Assembly: GCF_000179635.2 (NCBI RefSeq)
Contig: NC_014833.1
Span: forward strand, 3,360,001 to 3,392,000
Source: Ruminococcus albus 7 = DSM 20455
GTDB lineage: Bacteria > Bacillota > Clostridia > Oscillospirales > Ruminococcaceae
Direction: 5' to 3'
Length of the DNA stretch: 32,000 nt
The number at the start of each line of letters is the position of its first letter. The stretch's first letter is position 1. Below, piece by piece: positions 15,516 through 22,965 of this stretch. A program made the translations under genes and the position numbers. Below the pieces are notes generated by a model. That model was not told the DNA's origin. It made no database searches and saw nothing but the letters and a program-made list of their open reading frames with translations.

Positions 15516-17419
15516 TCACCTCCAACATCATTTCCAAGGTCAAGGGAGAATGCCAGCGTAACACGCTCGCCGTCGGCAAATACTGCCGAGGACATAGCGT
15601 ATGAAGGCTTTCTTCCGTTGCGGCTGTAAAGCCAACCCGAGCCCGGTGCAAAATCAAATTCACCGAGAGAATCGGCATCACTGCTGTTGTTGGGCGTTAC
15701 TCCCGCAGCTGCAAGATATGCCCTTGACTCCTCCGTCAGTGCAGCATCTGCAAATCTGCCCTGCATACGTATCCTGTCAAGATACCTGCTGCTGTCACTG
15801 CCACGTGAGGATACCTCAAAACCGTTTTCTTCAAGGAACCTCAGCATTGTATCAAAGCCGTTTTCGCCCTCCAGTACGGGAAAGCTGTCATCTTCACAAA
15901 GCGTACCCAGCCCGACGGCATCAGCTTTTACGGATACAGCTATCCTGCCTACCTCAGTACCTTTCTCAACAGCATCGCAGTTTATTTTATAGAAGAACTC
16001 TGATATCCTGCCTGCCCTGTCTTTCAGCTTTACAGTTACAGCATTCTCACCTGCACGCAGGGAAAGTATATATCCCGTACAGGTGCTGTCCTCCCATTTC
16101 CGCGGTACCTTTGTGCCGCCGCATATCACCTCGGCACTGTCCGAATACAGCCGCACTCCGTCGCAGTCAACTGCCCTGAAAGTCAGTGTATACGCACTGC
16201 CCTTTACCGTTATACCGTCGGTAAGGCTAATGCTTTCAAACCGCGGAAGTCTTTCCTCTGCTGCCGGCGGAAGAGATATTACGGTGAATGTCTGCTCAAA
16301 ACCGTCTTTTCCGTCACGTACCCACAGACGTATCTTATTGTTGCCCTCATTCAGTTTTGCGGTATAATCGCTTTCACCGCGAAGTGCTTTGTCGTTTACC
16401 AGCACTATCAGCTTCGGGGAATTCCCTCCCACTGCCTTTGCGCTGAAGGTGATACTGTCGGAATACACTGTGATATCAGAAAGGTCTGTTATCAGCGAGA
16501 GTTCTCGTACAGGTATATATGTAACAGAAAAATCAAGGACAGTATCCCCCGAGGACAGTTTTATCATGTTCTCGCCCTCGTTAAGGTTAACGGTGAATAC
16601 ATCCCTGCCTTCGACTGTCCTGCCGTTCAGCCATACCTCCATGCCGTCTTCGCAGGAGGCTGTAAAGGTGAATACGGGATCGTAAACATCGCAGTCTTTA
16701 AGGTCTGTGACTATCTCCGAAGCAGGAGATGACAGGTACACCGTATAATCGCGGAAAGCCCTGTATATCCTGTTTTCGCCGTCCTTATAGGTACAGCTTA
16801 CCCTGAGGGAGTTAGCACCCTCTCTCAGGCGCACCCTGCCTGCGAACCCTGTCATAAGAGAACCGTTGACCTCAACATCACAGCGGACAACTTCAAGATC
16901 ATCTGCAAGATGAGTTACAGTGAAAAAGTAGGTACTGTCACTGACGGTCTCACCGTCCTTTATCGAGGCAGTGAAGTACTCACGGTCGGCTTGTCTGCCG
17001 TCGGGGGTCACCTTTGCAGGTTCGGTGGCTTCGTCGGGGACCTGCACTGTCTGTACCGAGGCTTTGCTGTCATCCGCAGAAGATGTATCATCCTCTCCCG
17101 TGACGATGAACGATGCAGGTACATCTGCCGAAGAAGCATCACTGCCGCTGTCAACGGGTGCTGTATCGTTATCGGGTATGCTGTCGGGCACTGAGCTTTC
17201 ATCGGTACGGGAGCTGGTATCTTCCCTTTCGGAGCTGCTGTCCCTGCCCTTCAGCCCTTCGGCTGATATCTCGGGCAGCATGACTTCACGCTGAGTTATG
17301 CCGACAGATATATCCTCACGGGGAGCACTGCGGTAAAAGTGCGCAGCAAAGCAGACAGCCCCTGCTGTAAGCACAGCAGCTGCCGCAGATACTATCAGAC
17401 TTTTCCGCTTTTTTTCCAC
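15512..17419 (-). CDS. membrane-anchored surface protein: Ser/Asp-rich linker, four Ig-like repeats, C-terminal DUF4430 domain
   Basis: GTG start with gggagg RBS. N-terminal TM helix and an S/D/T-rich low-complexity stretch. Four repeats of about 90 aa, each ending L-EG-N-I-L...F-V-Y. C-terminal LGEFDFAPGSGWLYSRNGRKP...ADGERVTLAF is paralogous to 10173-10634. Confidence 0.75.
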   Translation of the reverse strand: MEKKRKSLIVSAAAAVLTAGAVCFAAHFYRSAPREDISVGITQREVMLPEISAEGLKGRDSSSEREDTSSRTDESSVPDSIPDNDTAPVDSGSDASSADVPASFIVTGEDDTSSADDSKASVQTVQVPDEATEPAKVTPDGRQADREYFTASIKDGETVSDSTYFFTVTHLADDLEVVRCDVEVNGSLMTGFAGRVRLREGANSLRVSCTYKDGENRIYRAFRDYTVYLSSPASEIVTDLKDCDVYDPVFTFTASCEDGMEVWLNGRTVEGRDVFTVNLNEGENMIKLSSGDTVLDFSVTYIPVRELSLITDLSDITVYSDSITFSAKAVGGNSPKLIVLVNDKALRGESDYTAKLNEGNNKIRLWVRDGKDGFEQTFTVISLPPAAEERLPRFESISLTDGITVKGSAYTLTFRAVDCDGVRLYSDSAEVICGGTKVPRKWEDSTCTGYILSLRAGENAVTVKLKDRAGRISEFFYKINCDAVEKGTEVGRIAVSVKADAVGLGTLCEDDSFPVLEGENGFDTMLRFLEENGFEVSSRGSDSSRYLDRIRMQGRFADAALTEESRAYLAAAGVTPNNSSDADSLGEFDFAPGSGWLYSRNGRKPSYAMSSAVFADGERVTLAFSLDLGNDVGGE

Positions 17420-17558
17420 GATGAGCTACCTCCCGAAAAAGCATAAAGACCTGCGCCCACGGTCTGAGAAAGTAAACAGTCCATGTGACGCAGATCTGTT
17501 TTTTATAGGTCAAAGTTTATGACATACCCCTGAACGGGATGTGCATGACAAAGAGAGA

Positions 17559-19436
17559 TCATCTCTCCTTGTTTATAAGCTTCTTGCCCTTTATATTTGC
17601 TGCTGTTAACGTGATATCACTGACATTCACCTTGCCGTCTGCATTCACATCAGCCGCATTGAAGCTGTACTTATCTATCACTTTCCTGCTCTTTATATTA
17701 GCTGCAACTATTGCCAGATCAGTGATATTCACTTTGCCGTCACCGTTGACATCGCCTTTATGAGCAAGTGCGCGCTTATACTGATCATCATTTTCTGCAA
17801 CGAGAACGTCTATATCCTGTGATACAGAAGGTGCTTTGCCGTTACCGTTATACAGACCGTAACTGAAGCTTGCTGTGAGGACTTCATCATCGGCACTGAA
17901 CTTATCAACGCTGAATGTAAGATCCTTGCCTGTGATATCTCCTATGGTCTTCACGGGACCGTTTTTGATATCAACAGTATACTCCTTATCGGCAGGTGTT
18001 TCATCTGCCTTGAAGACGAAGGTCTTTACACCATTGGGATGTATGGTGATATCGGGGCACTGGATATCGGGATCGGATATTCCGCTGCCTATTGCAAGGA
18101 TATTGAATGAATCGTTGCGTATATAGAGAAGTCCTGTTTCCTCGTCATATACAGGATCAACTGCGCAGTACTGTGCGTGCTCACCCTGGGGTCTGAACAC
18201 AACAGGAGGACAGGTATGCTTTTTGCCTGCAAGGTCTGTTTCCTCTACAGTATCGGCAGGAGCGGTCATGCCTGCTTTATCCCTGAGCATACGTACAACG
18301 CCCGAAGTACCGTTTTCAACATAGTATATAACATTATAGCCTTCCTTGTCAACGCCTGCGAAAACGCCCTTAGCCTTGCATTCTGCGGAAGTTTCAACGG
18401 CATAAGCAGGTTCAAGCTTTATCTTGCCTTCGGCCTCAACGATATCGAAAACACCGATGTGGGAACCGTTATAATCGTCCCAGCCTGTTCCCTGGAAAGT
18501 AACGTATACCCTGCCGTTTTCAACTATCGGGGTCGAGGTGCAGGTGAAACCATTCGGGCCAAGAAGAGAAGCTGTGATCCCGTAGCCGTAGACCTCACCG
18601 TTAGTGTCGATCAGATGCACACCGCCTTCACGCGAGGTATAGTAGATCACACCATCCTTGAGTACCAGCTTGCTGCGGATATCATCATGTGCGGTACCGA
18701 GCTTACTGATGAGCTCGCCTGTTGCATCGTCAACGGTGACGGTGCGGTTATTTTCGCCTTCCTCGTTAGCGCCTTCTTTGCCGTTCTCGACACCGAAGGT
18801 CACCTTACCGTCGTATACAACAGCGCTTGTCCAGTAGAAGCCGCCCGCATTGGTGTACTCCCATTCTGCAGTCTTTTCCTCATCTGTCTTTTCGGTATCC
18901 CCATCGGCTGCGCTTACCTTTACGAAATCGGCATCTGCCTCATCGGAGTTCCAGAAGCCTGTATAGAGATAGCCGTTTTCAACTACGATATCGCAGGTGG
19001 GCTTGCCGCCGTTCTTGTTTGTGTATACCCACAGTGATGTAAGGGTCTCGGCATCGAAAGCCTGTATCTTGCCGCCGTCGAGAGCCATGAACACTTTGCC
19101 GTCAGCATAAACGGGGCCTTTGGTAGCGTACATAGCTTTACCTGCCATTTTGCCGTTCAATACCTCTTTGCCTGTGAACTTATCTATCTTCTTGATATTA
19201 TCTGCCGAACAGATATAGAGATATCCGTTATCAGCAACAGTGAAGCCTGTGGGGGAATCCGACCACATCATCTTGTCTTCGCCTATCTGATCCGCCCAGT
19301 ACAGGACATTGTCATCAGCCTTGGTGAGATCGGGCGAAAGTGTCTTATCGGCAGCAAACACGTTTAATGCCGCTGCATTTACAGCCAGTATAGATGCGCA
19401 GAACGCACTGAGTATTTTTACAGTTGTTTTTTTCAT
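17559..19436 (-). CDS. secreted PQQ-like beta-propeller repeat protein with C-terminal type-I dockerin
   Basis: RBS ggaga and signal peptide (ALNVFA/AD). PQQ_2-like blades (GKVFMALDGGKIQAFDAETLTSLWVY). C-terminal duplicated calcium-binding segments GDVNGDGKVNITDLAIVAANIK and ADVNADGKVNVSDITLTAANIK form the dockerin. Confidence 0.85.
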   Translation of the reverse strand: MKKTTVKILSAFCASILAVNAAALNVFAADKTLSPDLTKADDNVLYWADQIGEDKMMWSDSPTGFTVADNGYLYICSADNIKKIDKFTGKEVLNGKMAGKAMYATKGPVYADGKVFMALDGGKIQAFDAETLTSLWVYTNKNGGKPTCDIVVENGYLYTGFWNSDEADADFVKVSAADGDTEKTDEEKTAEWEYTNAGGFYWTSAVVYDGKVTFGVENGKEGANEEGENNRTVTVDDATGELISKLGTAHDDIRSKLVLKDGVIYYTSREGGVHLIDTNGEVYGYGITASLLGPNGFTCTSTPIVENGRVYVTFQGTGWDDYNGSHIGVFDIVEAEGKIKLEPAYAVETSAECKAKGVFAGVDKEGYNVIYYVENGTSGVVRMLRDKAGMTAPADTVEETDLAGKKHTCPPVVFRPQGEHAQYCAVDPVYDEETGLLYIRNDSFNILAIGSGISDPDIQCPDITIHPNGVKTFVFKADETPADKEYTVDIKNGPVKTIGDITGKDLTFSVDKFSADDEVLTASFSYGLYNGNGKAPSVSQDIDVLVAENDDQYKRALAHKGDVNGDGKVNITDLAIVAANIKSRKVIDKYSFNAADVNADGKVNVSDITLTAANIKGKKLINKER

Positions 19437-19495
19437 TTTTCATTCTCCGTTCTTGTTTAAGATTTCAGCATTTTTTAAATGCCGATGATAAAGTA

Positions 19496-19524
19496 ATTAT
19501 ATCACATAGCTTTTATTTTTTCAA
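19496..19524 (-). promoter_or_regulatory. sigma-A type promoter of the minus-strand operon
   Basis: On the minus strand: TTGAAA, 17 nt spacer, TATAAT. The -10 element is about 60 nt upstream of the ATG at 19436. A small AT-rich palindrome gcattt-ttt-aaatgc lies in the short leader. Confidence 0.6.
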
Positions 19525-19897
19525 TAGTATATACCACCCAAACAACACGCGCGGTATATCAATAAGCTATGTGCAGGTATAGTTTTAAGCTATGCCGCAG
19601 ATGATCTTACGCTGTCTGATGTGCTTTACCGTGTGTAAAAATTTAATGTCTATTCAGTTGTCAAGATGCAGATATCCCCTTATACAGTATGACACGTCAC
19701 TTCATATCCCGCAGTCATAGTCAGCATCAGCCTGCCATCGTGCGCACAAGGGGACGATATATGTAAACGGCACTTATGAGGTGCCGGGATCTTTGGCTTT
19801 ATACAGAGGGGCATTTCGGAAAGTATCTGTGTACTTACCAAAAAGGTGATCGGCGGGTCTGCCTGATAAACCCCTTCTATATACAGCGAAAAACTGT

Positions 19898-19927
19898 CAA
19901 AAGTTGTACGTTTTTGTACAACTTTTG
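19898..19927. other. perfect 12-bp inverted repeat (orphan hairpin) in a long intergenic region
   Basis: caaaagttgtac gttttt gtacaacttttg. On the minus strand it is followed by acagttttt (weak U-tract). No annotated gene ends here. Confidence 0.4.
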
Positions 19928-20078
19928 CAGAAATATGTCCGAGTTAAAAGAAAAATCATTTGTTTATACAAAACGGACGAATGATGTCAGGCAAAAATGA
20001 CGATGATATGACCGGATATTGGTGAGTGCCGAAAAATCGGGGCAGCGCAGGACTTTTCAGATTTATCAGAAAAAGGTA

Positions 20079-20107
20079 TTGAAAAACAGGGAAATATGTG
20101 CTATAAT
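20079..20107 (+). promoter_or_regulatory. sigma-A type promoter of the SLOG/LCP-like/PII-like operon
   Basis: TTGAAA, 17 nt spacer, TATAAT. It overlaps the first codons of the tracked ORF (20096), so the real start must be downstream. Confidence 0.6.
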
Positions 20108-20143
20108 AATTTTAAGTGTTATCGGAAGGCGGTGACTGCAATA

Positions 20144-20722
20144 ATGAACGGAATGAAGATCATCTCAAAGGATGAATTTATCACTGACAAAGCATCCACC
20201 TGTTGTTTCACGGGACACCGTCGGCGCGACCTGCCATTTGGCGGAGATACCTCAAAGCAGGGAGTCAGGAATCTGATAAGCACTATACATCTGCTTTGCC
20301 GTGAGGCTTACAGCAGAGGCATCCGTACATTCATAACGGGAATGGCGGAGGGCGCTGATATGATCTGCGGATCGGTCATCATGGACATAATAGGCAGCGG
20401 AGAATGTCCCGGGACGAGGCTAGTATGTGCACTGCCCTACGAAGGACACATCAGGGAGATAAAGCTGCCGCGGGACAGGTATGTTTACAGTCTGCTGATG
20501 CAGGCGGCATCTGCCGTAGTGGTGACCGGAGATATCGGTGACAGCGGACGTTACCGTGAAAGGAACAGGTTCATGGTGGAGAATTCGTCGGCGCTGATAG
20601 CAGTATACAAAGAAAAGCAGCGAGGATCGGGCACTTTGCAGACCATAAACATGGCAAAGCGCAGCGGTCTTGATATACACATTATAGACCTCGACAAGAA
20701 CCCGCAGTTCTACTGCGGATAG
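20144..20722 (+). CDS. SLOG family / DUF1273 protein (YpsA-like)
   Basis: CCFTGHRRRDLPFGG, GMAEGADMICG and a C-terminal GSGT motif are typical of DUF1273. Start set at the first ATG downstream of the promoter, with ggaaggcgg upstream. Confidence 0.8.
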   Translation: MNGMKIISKDEFITDKASTCCFTGHRRRDLPFGGDTSKQGVRNLISTIHLLCREAYSRGIRTFITGMAEGADMICGSVIMDIIGSGECPGTRLVCALPYEGHIREIKLPRDRYVYSLLMQAASAVVVTGDIGDSGRYRERNRFMVENSSALIAVYKEKQRGSGTLQTINMAKRSGLDIHIIDLDKNPQFYCG

Positions 20723-20761
20723 GACGGGTATACAAAATCAAAAACAGTAAGGAGAAAATAT

Positions 20762-21718
20762 ATGTCATCTGCCGTAAAGAAAAAAAGAAGAAAGAAAAGG
20801 TCACAGGCTCCGGTCGCCCTTGTATACGTGGTCACGGTACTGATATTCATGGGACTGATCTCAATGCTTGCGATATATATGCTAAGATCCTACGGACTGA
20901 TAGGCACCGAAGAAAAGGAAGAAACTTCCGTTTCTGTACAGACCTTCAACGATCTGTTTGCGAGGGTGAACAGCAACGGTGATCTGGCAGACATGGTATT
21001 CATGAGGATAGACCCGGTGAACAACAGCATACTTGTAGTTCCCATGCCTGCGGAAACGCTCAACAAGACGAATAATATGAAAATGGGTGATATATACAAG
21101 ATATCGGGCATGGCAAGCGTAAAGACCGCTGTGGAAGATACTCTCGGCATGAGAGTGGACAACTACGCTTCGCTTTCAAACGATTCTTTTGAAAGAGTGT
21201 TCGATATGTACGGCGGCATAACCTACAAAGCACCCGAGGAGCTGTACTATCTATCAAAGAAAAACAACGATAATGACATCTCGATACTGAAGGGTGAGCT
21301 TGCTACGCTTGGCGGCAGACAGATCAGGCTGCTGACTCAGTACCCCGTATACTCAAACGGAAAACAGGGCAACAACGAGTTCCTTGGCGAGGCTGTAGAA
21401 TCACTGATTAACACTATGTTCCAGCAGGATTACATAACCAAGGACAATCTGGACAATATATACAACATCGTTACAACAAACAGCGACACTGACATGAACC
21501 AGGACGACTTCAAACTGCAGAAGTCCTACATCAAGGATATGCTCACAAGCAAAAAGTCACCTGCAGAGAAACTGCTTCCCACAGGAACATGGGGCGATAA
21601 GGATTCGTCATTCAAGATAAACGAAGACTTTATCACTGAACTGAAAGAGAAAGCAGCAGAAACGATACCTGAAGCCGGAGCATCTTCCTCCGAGGGTGCT
21701 GCAGAATCAAAACAGTAA
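20762..21718 (+). CDS. LytR-CpsA-Psr (LCP)-like membrane-anchored protein, apparently degenerate
   Basis: RBS aaggag. Lys/Arg-rich N-terminus plus a TM helix. ADMVFMRIDPVNNSILVVPMPAETL and VDNYASLSNDSFERVFDMYGGITY align to LCP core blocks (rsDtimlv..d....v.l.SiPRDt; idyyv.v.f.gf..lvd.lGGv.v). Confidence 0.6.
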   Translation: MSSAVKKKRRKKRSQAPVALVYVVTVLIFMGLISMLAIYMLRSYGLIGTEEKEETSVSVQTFNDLFARVNSNGDLADMVFMRIDPVNNSILVVPMPAETLNKTNNMKMGDIYKISGMASVKTAVEDTLGMRVDNYASLSNDSFERVFDMYGGITYKAPEELYYLSKKNNDNDISILKGELATLGGRQIRLLTQYPVYSNGKQGNNEFLGEAVESLINTMFQQDYITKDNLDNIYNIVTTNSDTDMNQDDFKLQKSYIKDMLTSKKSPAEKLLPTGTWGDKDSSFKINEDFITELKEKAAETIPEAGASSSEGAAESKQ

Positions 21719-21757
21719 ATGACGGCACAGCAGATATACTAAGGATAGTGATGACGA

Positions 21758-22183
21758 ATGAAGCTCATGGTCTTGATACTGAATAAAACAGATGCGCTGG
21801 AATACCTGCTTGAAGGACTTTCGGCGGCAGGCATAGGCGGTGCTACGATAATACCTTCTTCGGGCATGGCGATGACGCTTTCAAAAATGAATTCGAGCTT
21901 TCTGAGTTCTTCGATACGCAGTATGTTCAGCGGCGAAGAGGACGACAACAAGACCATAATATCTGTTATAGAGGATGAGCAGCTGGAACTTGCCAGAAGA
22001 GTGGTATACAACACCGTGGGCGATCTTTCACAGCCGAACACGGGAATAATGTTCACTATACCGCTGGATTTTGTCGAGGGCAGACGCAAGCGCCGCGCAT
22101 CGATACCGACGGAGGAGAGCATTAAGGATAACAAAGGATCCAAGGAAGAAAATGGCAAAGATAAAGGCAGCAAGGGCACGTAA
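21758..22183 (+). CDS. PII-like fold protein with basic disordered C-terminal tail
   Basis: MKLMVLILNKTDALEYLLEGLSAAGIGGATIIPSSGM parallels the PII N-terminus (MK-i-aIi----l--v--aL---G--G-T------G). The tail is RRKRRASIPTEESIKDNKGSKEENGKDKGSKGT. Confidence 0.5.
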   Translation: MKLMVLILNKTDALEYLLEGLSAAGIGGATIIPSSGMAMTLSKMNSSFLSSSIRSMFSGEEDDNKTIISVIEDEQLELARRVVYNTVGDLSQPNTGIMFTIPLDFVEGRRKRRASIPTEESIKDNKGSKEENGKDKGSKGT

Positions 22184-22236
22184 ACGGTAAAAAGGACGGG
22201 CGATTGTAAATTTCCTGTTAATATTCCGGGCAGCCC

Positions 22237-22265
22237 TTGCAATAATATACAATTTGTAGTATAAT
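22237..22265 (+). promoter_or_regulatory. sigma-A type promoter of the rimP-nusA-infB operon
   Basis: TTGCAA, 17 nt spacer, TATAAT. Confidence 0.6.
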
Positions 22266-22284
22266 ATATGCAATAGGCTTGACG

Positions 22285-22322
22285 AAAGACCGGAATTTAA
22301 AATTCACGGTCTTTTGTGTTTG
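22285..22322 (+). terminator. leader hairpin plus U-tract (candidate attenuator) between promoter and rimP
   Basis: aaagaccggaattt a aaattc a cggtcttt followed by tgtgttt. It lies about 20 nt after the -10 element and about 85 nt before the rimP start. Confidence 0.55.
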
Positions 22323-22404
22323 TATAGACCAAAGTTAACAGTGACCCGACCCCCGGAAGGGCGTTGACGGTGCTGTATACTGAACGATCGGGAGGGCAGA
22401 TGAT

Positions 22405-22950
22405 TTGAGTAAAAGCAAGGGCGGAAGCTCAAAAAAGAGTACGGCAGACATCGTTGCCGGGCTTGCACAGCCTCTGGCAGACGAACTGGGGCTTTTCCTC
22501 TGGGACGTAAGGTTCGAGAAGGAGGGCGCGACCTGGTATCTGCGGGTACTTATCGACAAAGACGGCGGTGTGACTATGGAGGACTGCGAGAATTTCACGA
22601 GGCCCTTCAACAAGATACTTGACGAGGCAGACCCCATACCGCAGAGTTATGTATTTGAATGCGGAAGTCCCGGACTGGGGCGCGAGCTGAGGAAGCCGAT
22701 ACACTTTGAGGTATGCATAGGCGACGTTGTAAGAGTAAGGCTGATACGTCCCGATGAGAACGGTGAGCGTGAGTTCATCGTGGGGCTGGTGGGCTATGAC
22801 GAGGAAGAAAAGCTTATAGCCTGTCAGACACTGGACGAGAACGGCGACGGTGCGGCAAATGTACAGTTTAATCTTAACGACTGCGCTTTTGTAAAGCTTT
22901 ACGATGACGGCGATCTGGAGGAAGAGCTGGCAGGTGCTAAGTTTGATTGA
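22405..22950 (+). CDS. rimP: ribosome maturation factor RimP
   Basis: TTG start with gggaggg RBS. LWDVRFEKEGATWYLRVLIDKDGGVTMEDCENFTRPFNKILDEADPIPQSYVFECGSPGLGRELRKP is the RimP signature. Precedes nusA. Confidence 0.9.
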   Translation: MSKSKGGSSKKSTADIVAGLAQPLADELGLFLWDVRFEKEGATWYLRVLIDKDGGVTMEDCENFTRPFNKILDEADPIPQSYVFECGSPGLGRELRKPIHFEVCIGDVVRVRLIRPDENGEREFIVGLVGYDEEEKLIACQTLDENGDGAANVQFNLNDCAFVKLYDDGDLEEELAGAKFD

Positions 22951-22965
22951 TGCTCAAACGGCTAA

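Noticed and set aside
17420-17558. Possible internal promoter or riboswitch in the only sizeable gap of the minus-strand operon
   Set aside because: I found only a TTGACC with no matching -10 element, a weak 5-bp hairpin at the stop codon of the dockerin gene, and a short agacc...ggtct stem. At 139 nt, the gap is too short and lacks the conserved cores of known riboswitch classes. It is left as an open check, not called.
18177-19037. 286-aa plus-strand ORF
   Set aside because: It is antisense to the beta-propeller/dockerin gene. It has no RBS and no motifs.
19719-19870. B12-box-like strings: agtcagcatcagcctgcc on the plus strand (19719-19736), and tcaggcagacccgcc on the minus strand (about 19852-19867)
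   Set aside because: Each deviates from the AGYCMGGAGACCKGCC core by insertions. The other conserved cobalamin-riboswitch blocks (GGGAA, GGTG-AA-TCC, GCCACTG) are not present in the right order on either strand. Both also lie upstream of the mapped promoters for their respective strands. A covariance-model scan is still needed to be sure.
19776-20000. 74-aa ORF in the long intergenic region
   Set aside because: It has no Shine-Dalgarno sequence and a Cys/Arg/Tyr/Phe-rich sequence. It spans the perfect hairpin at 19898-19927, so it is more likely non-coding.
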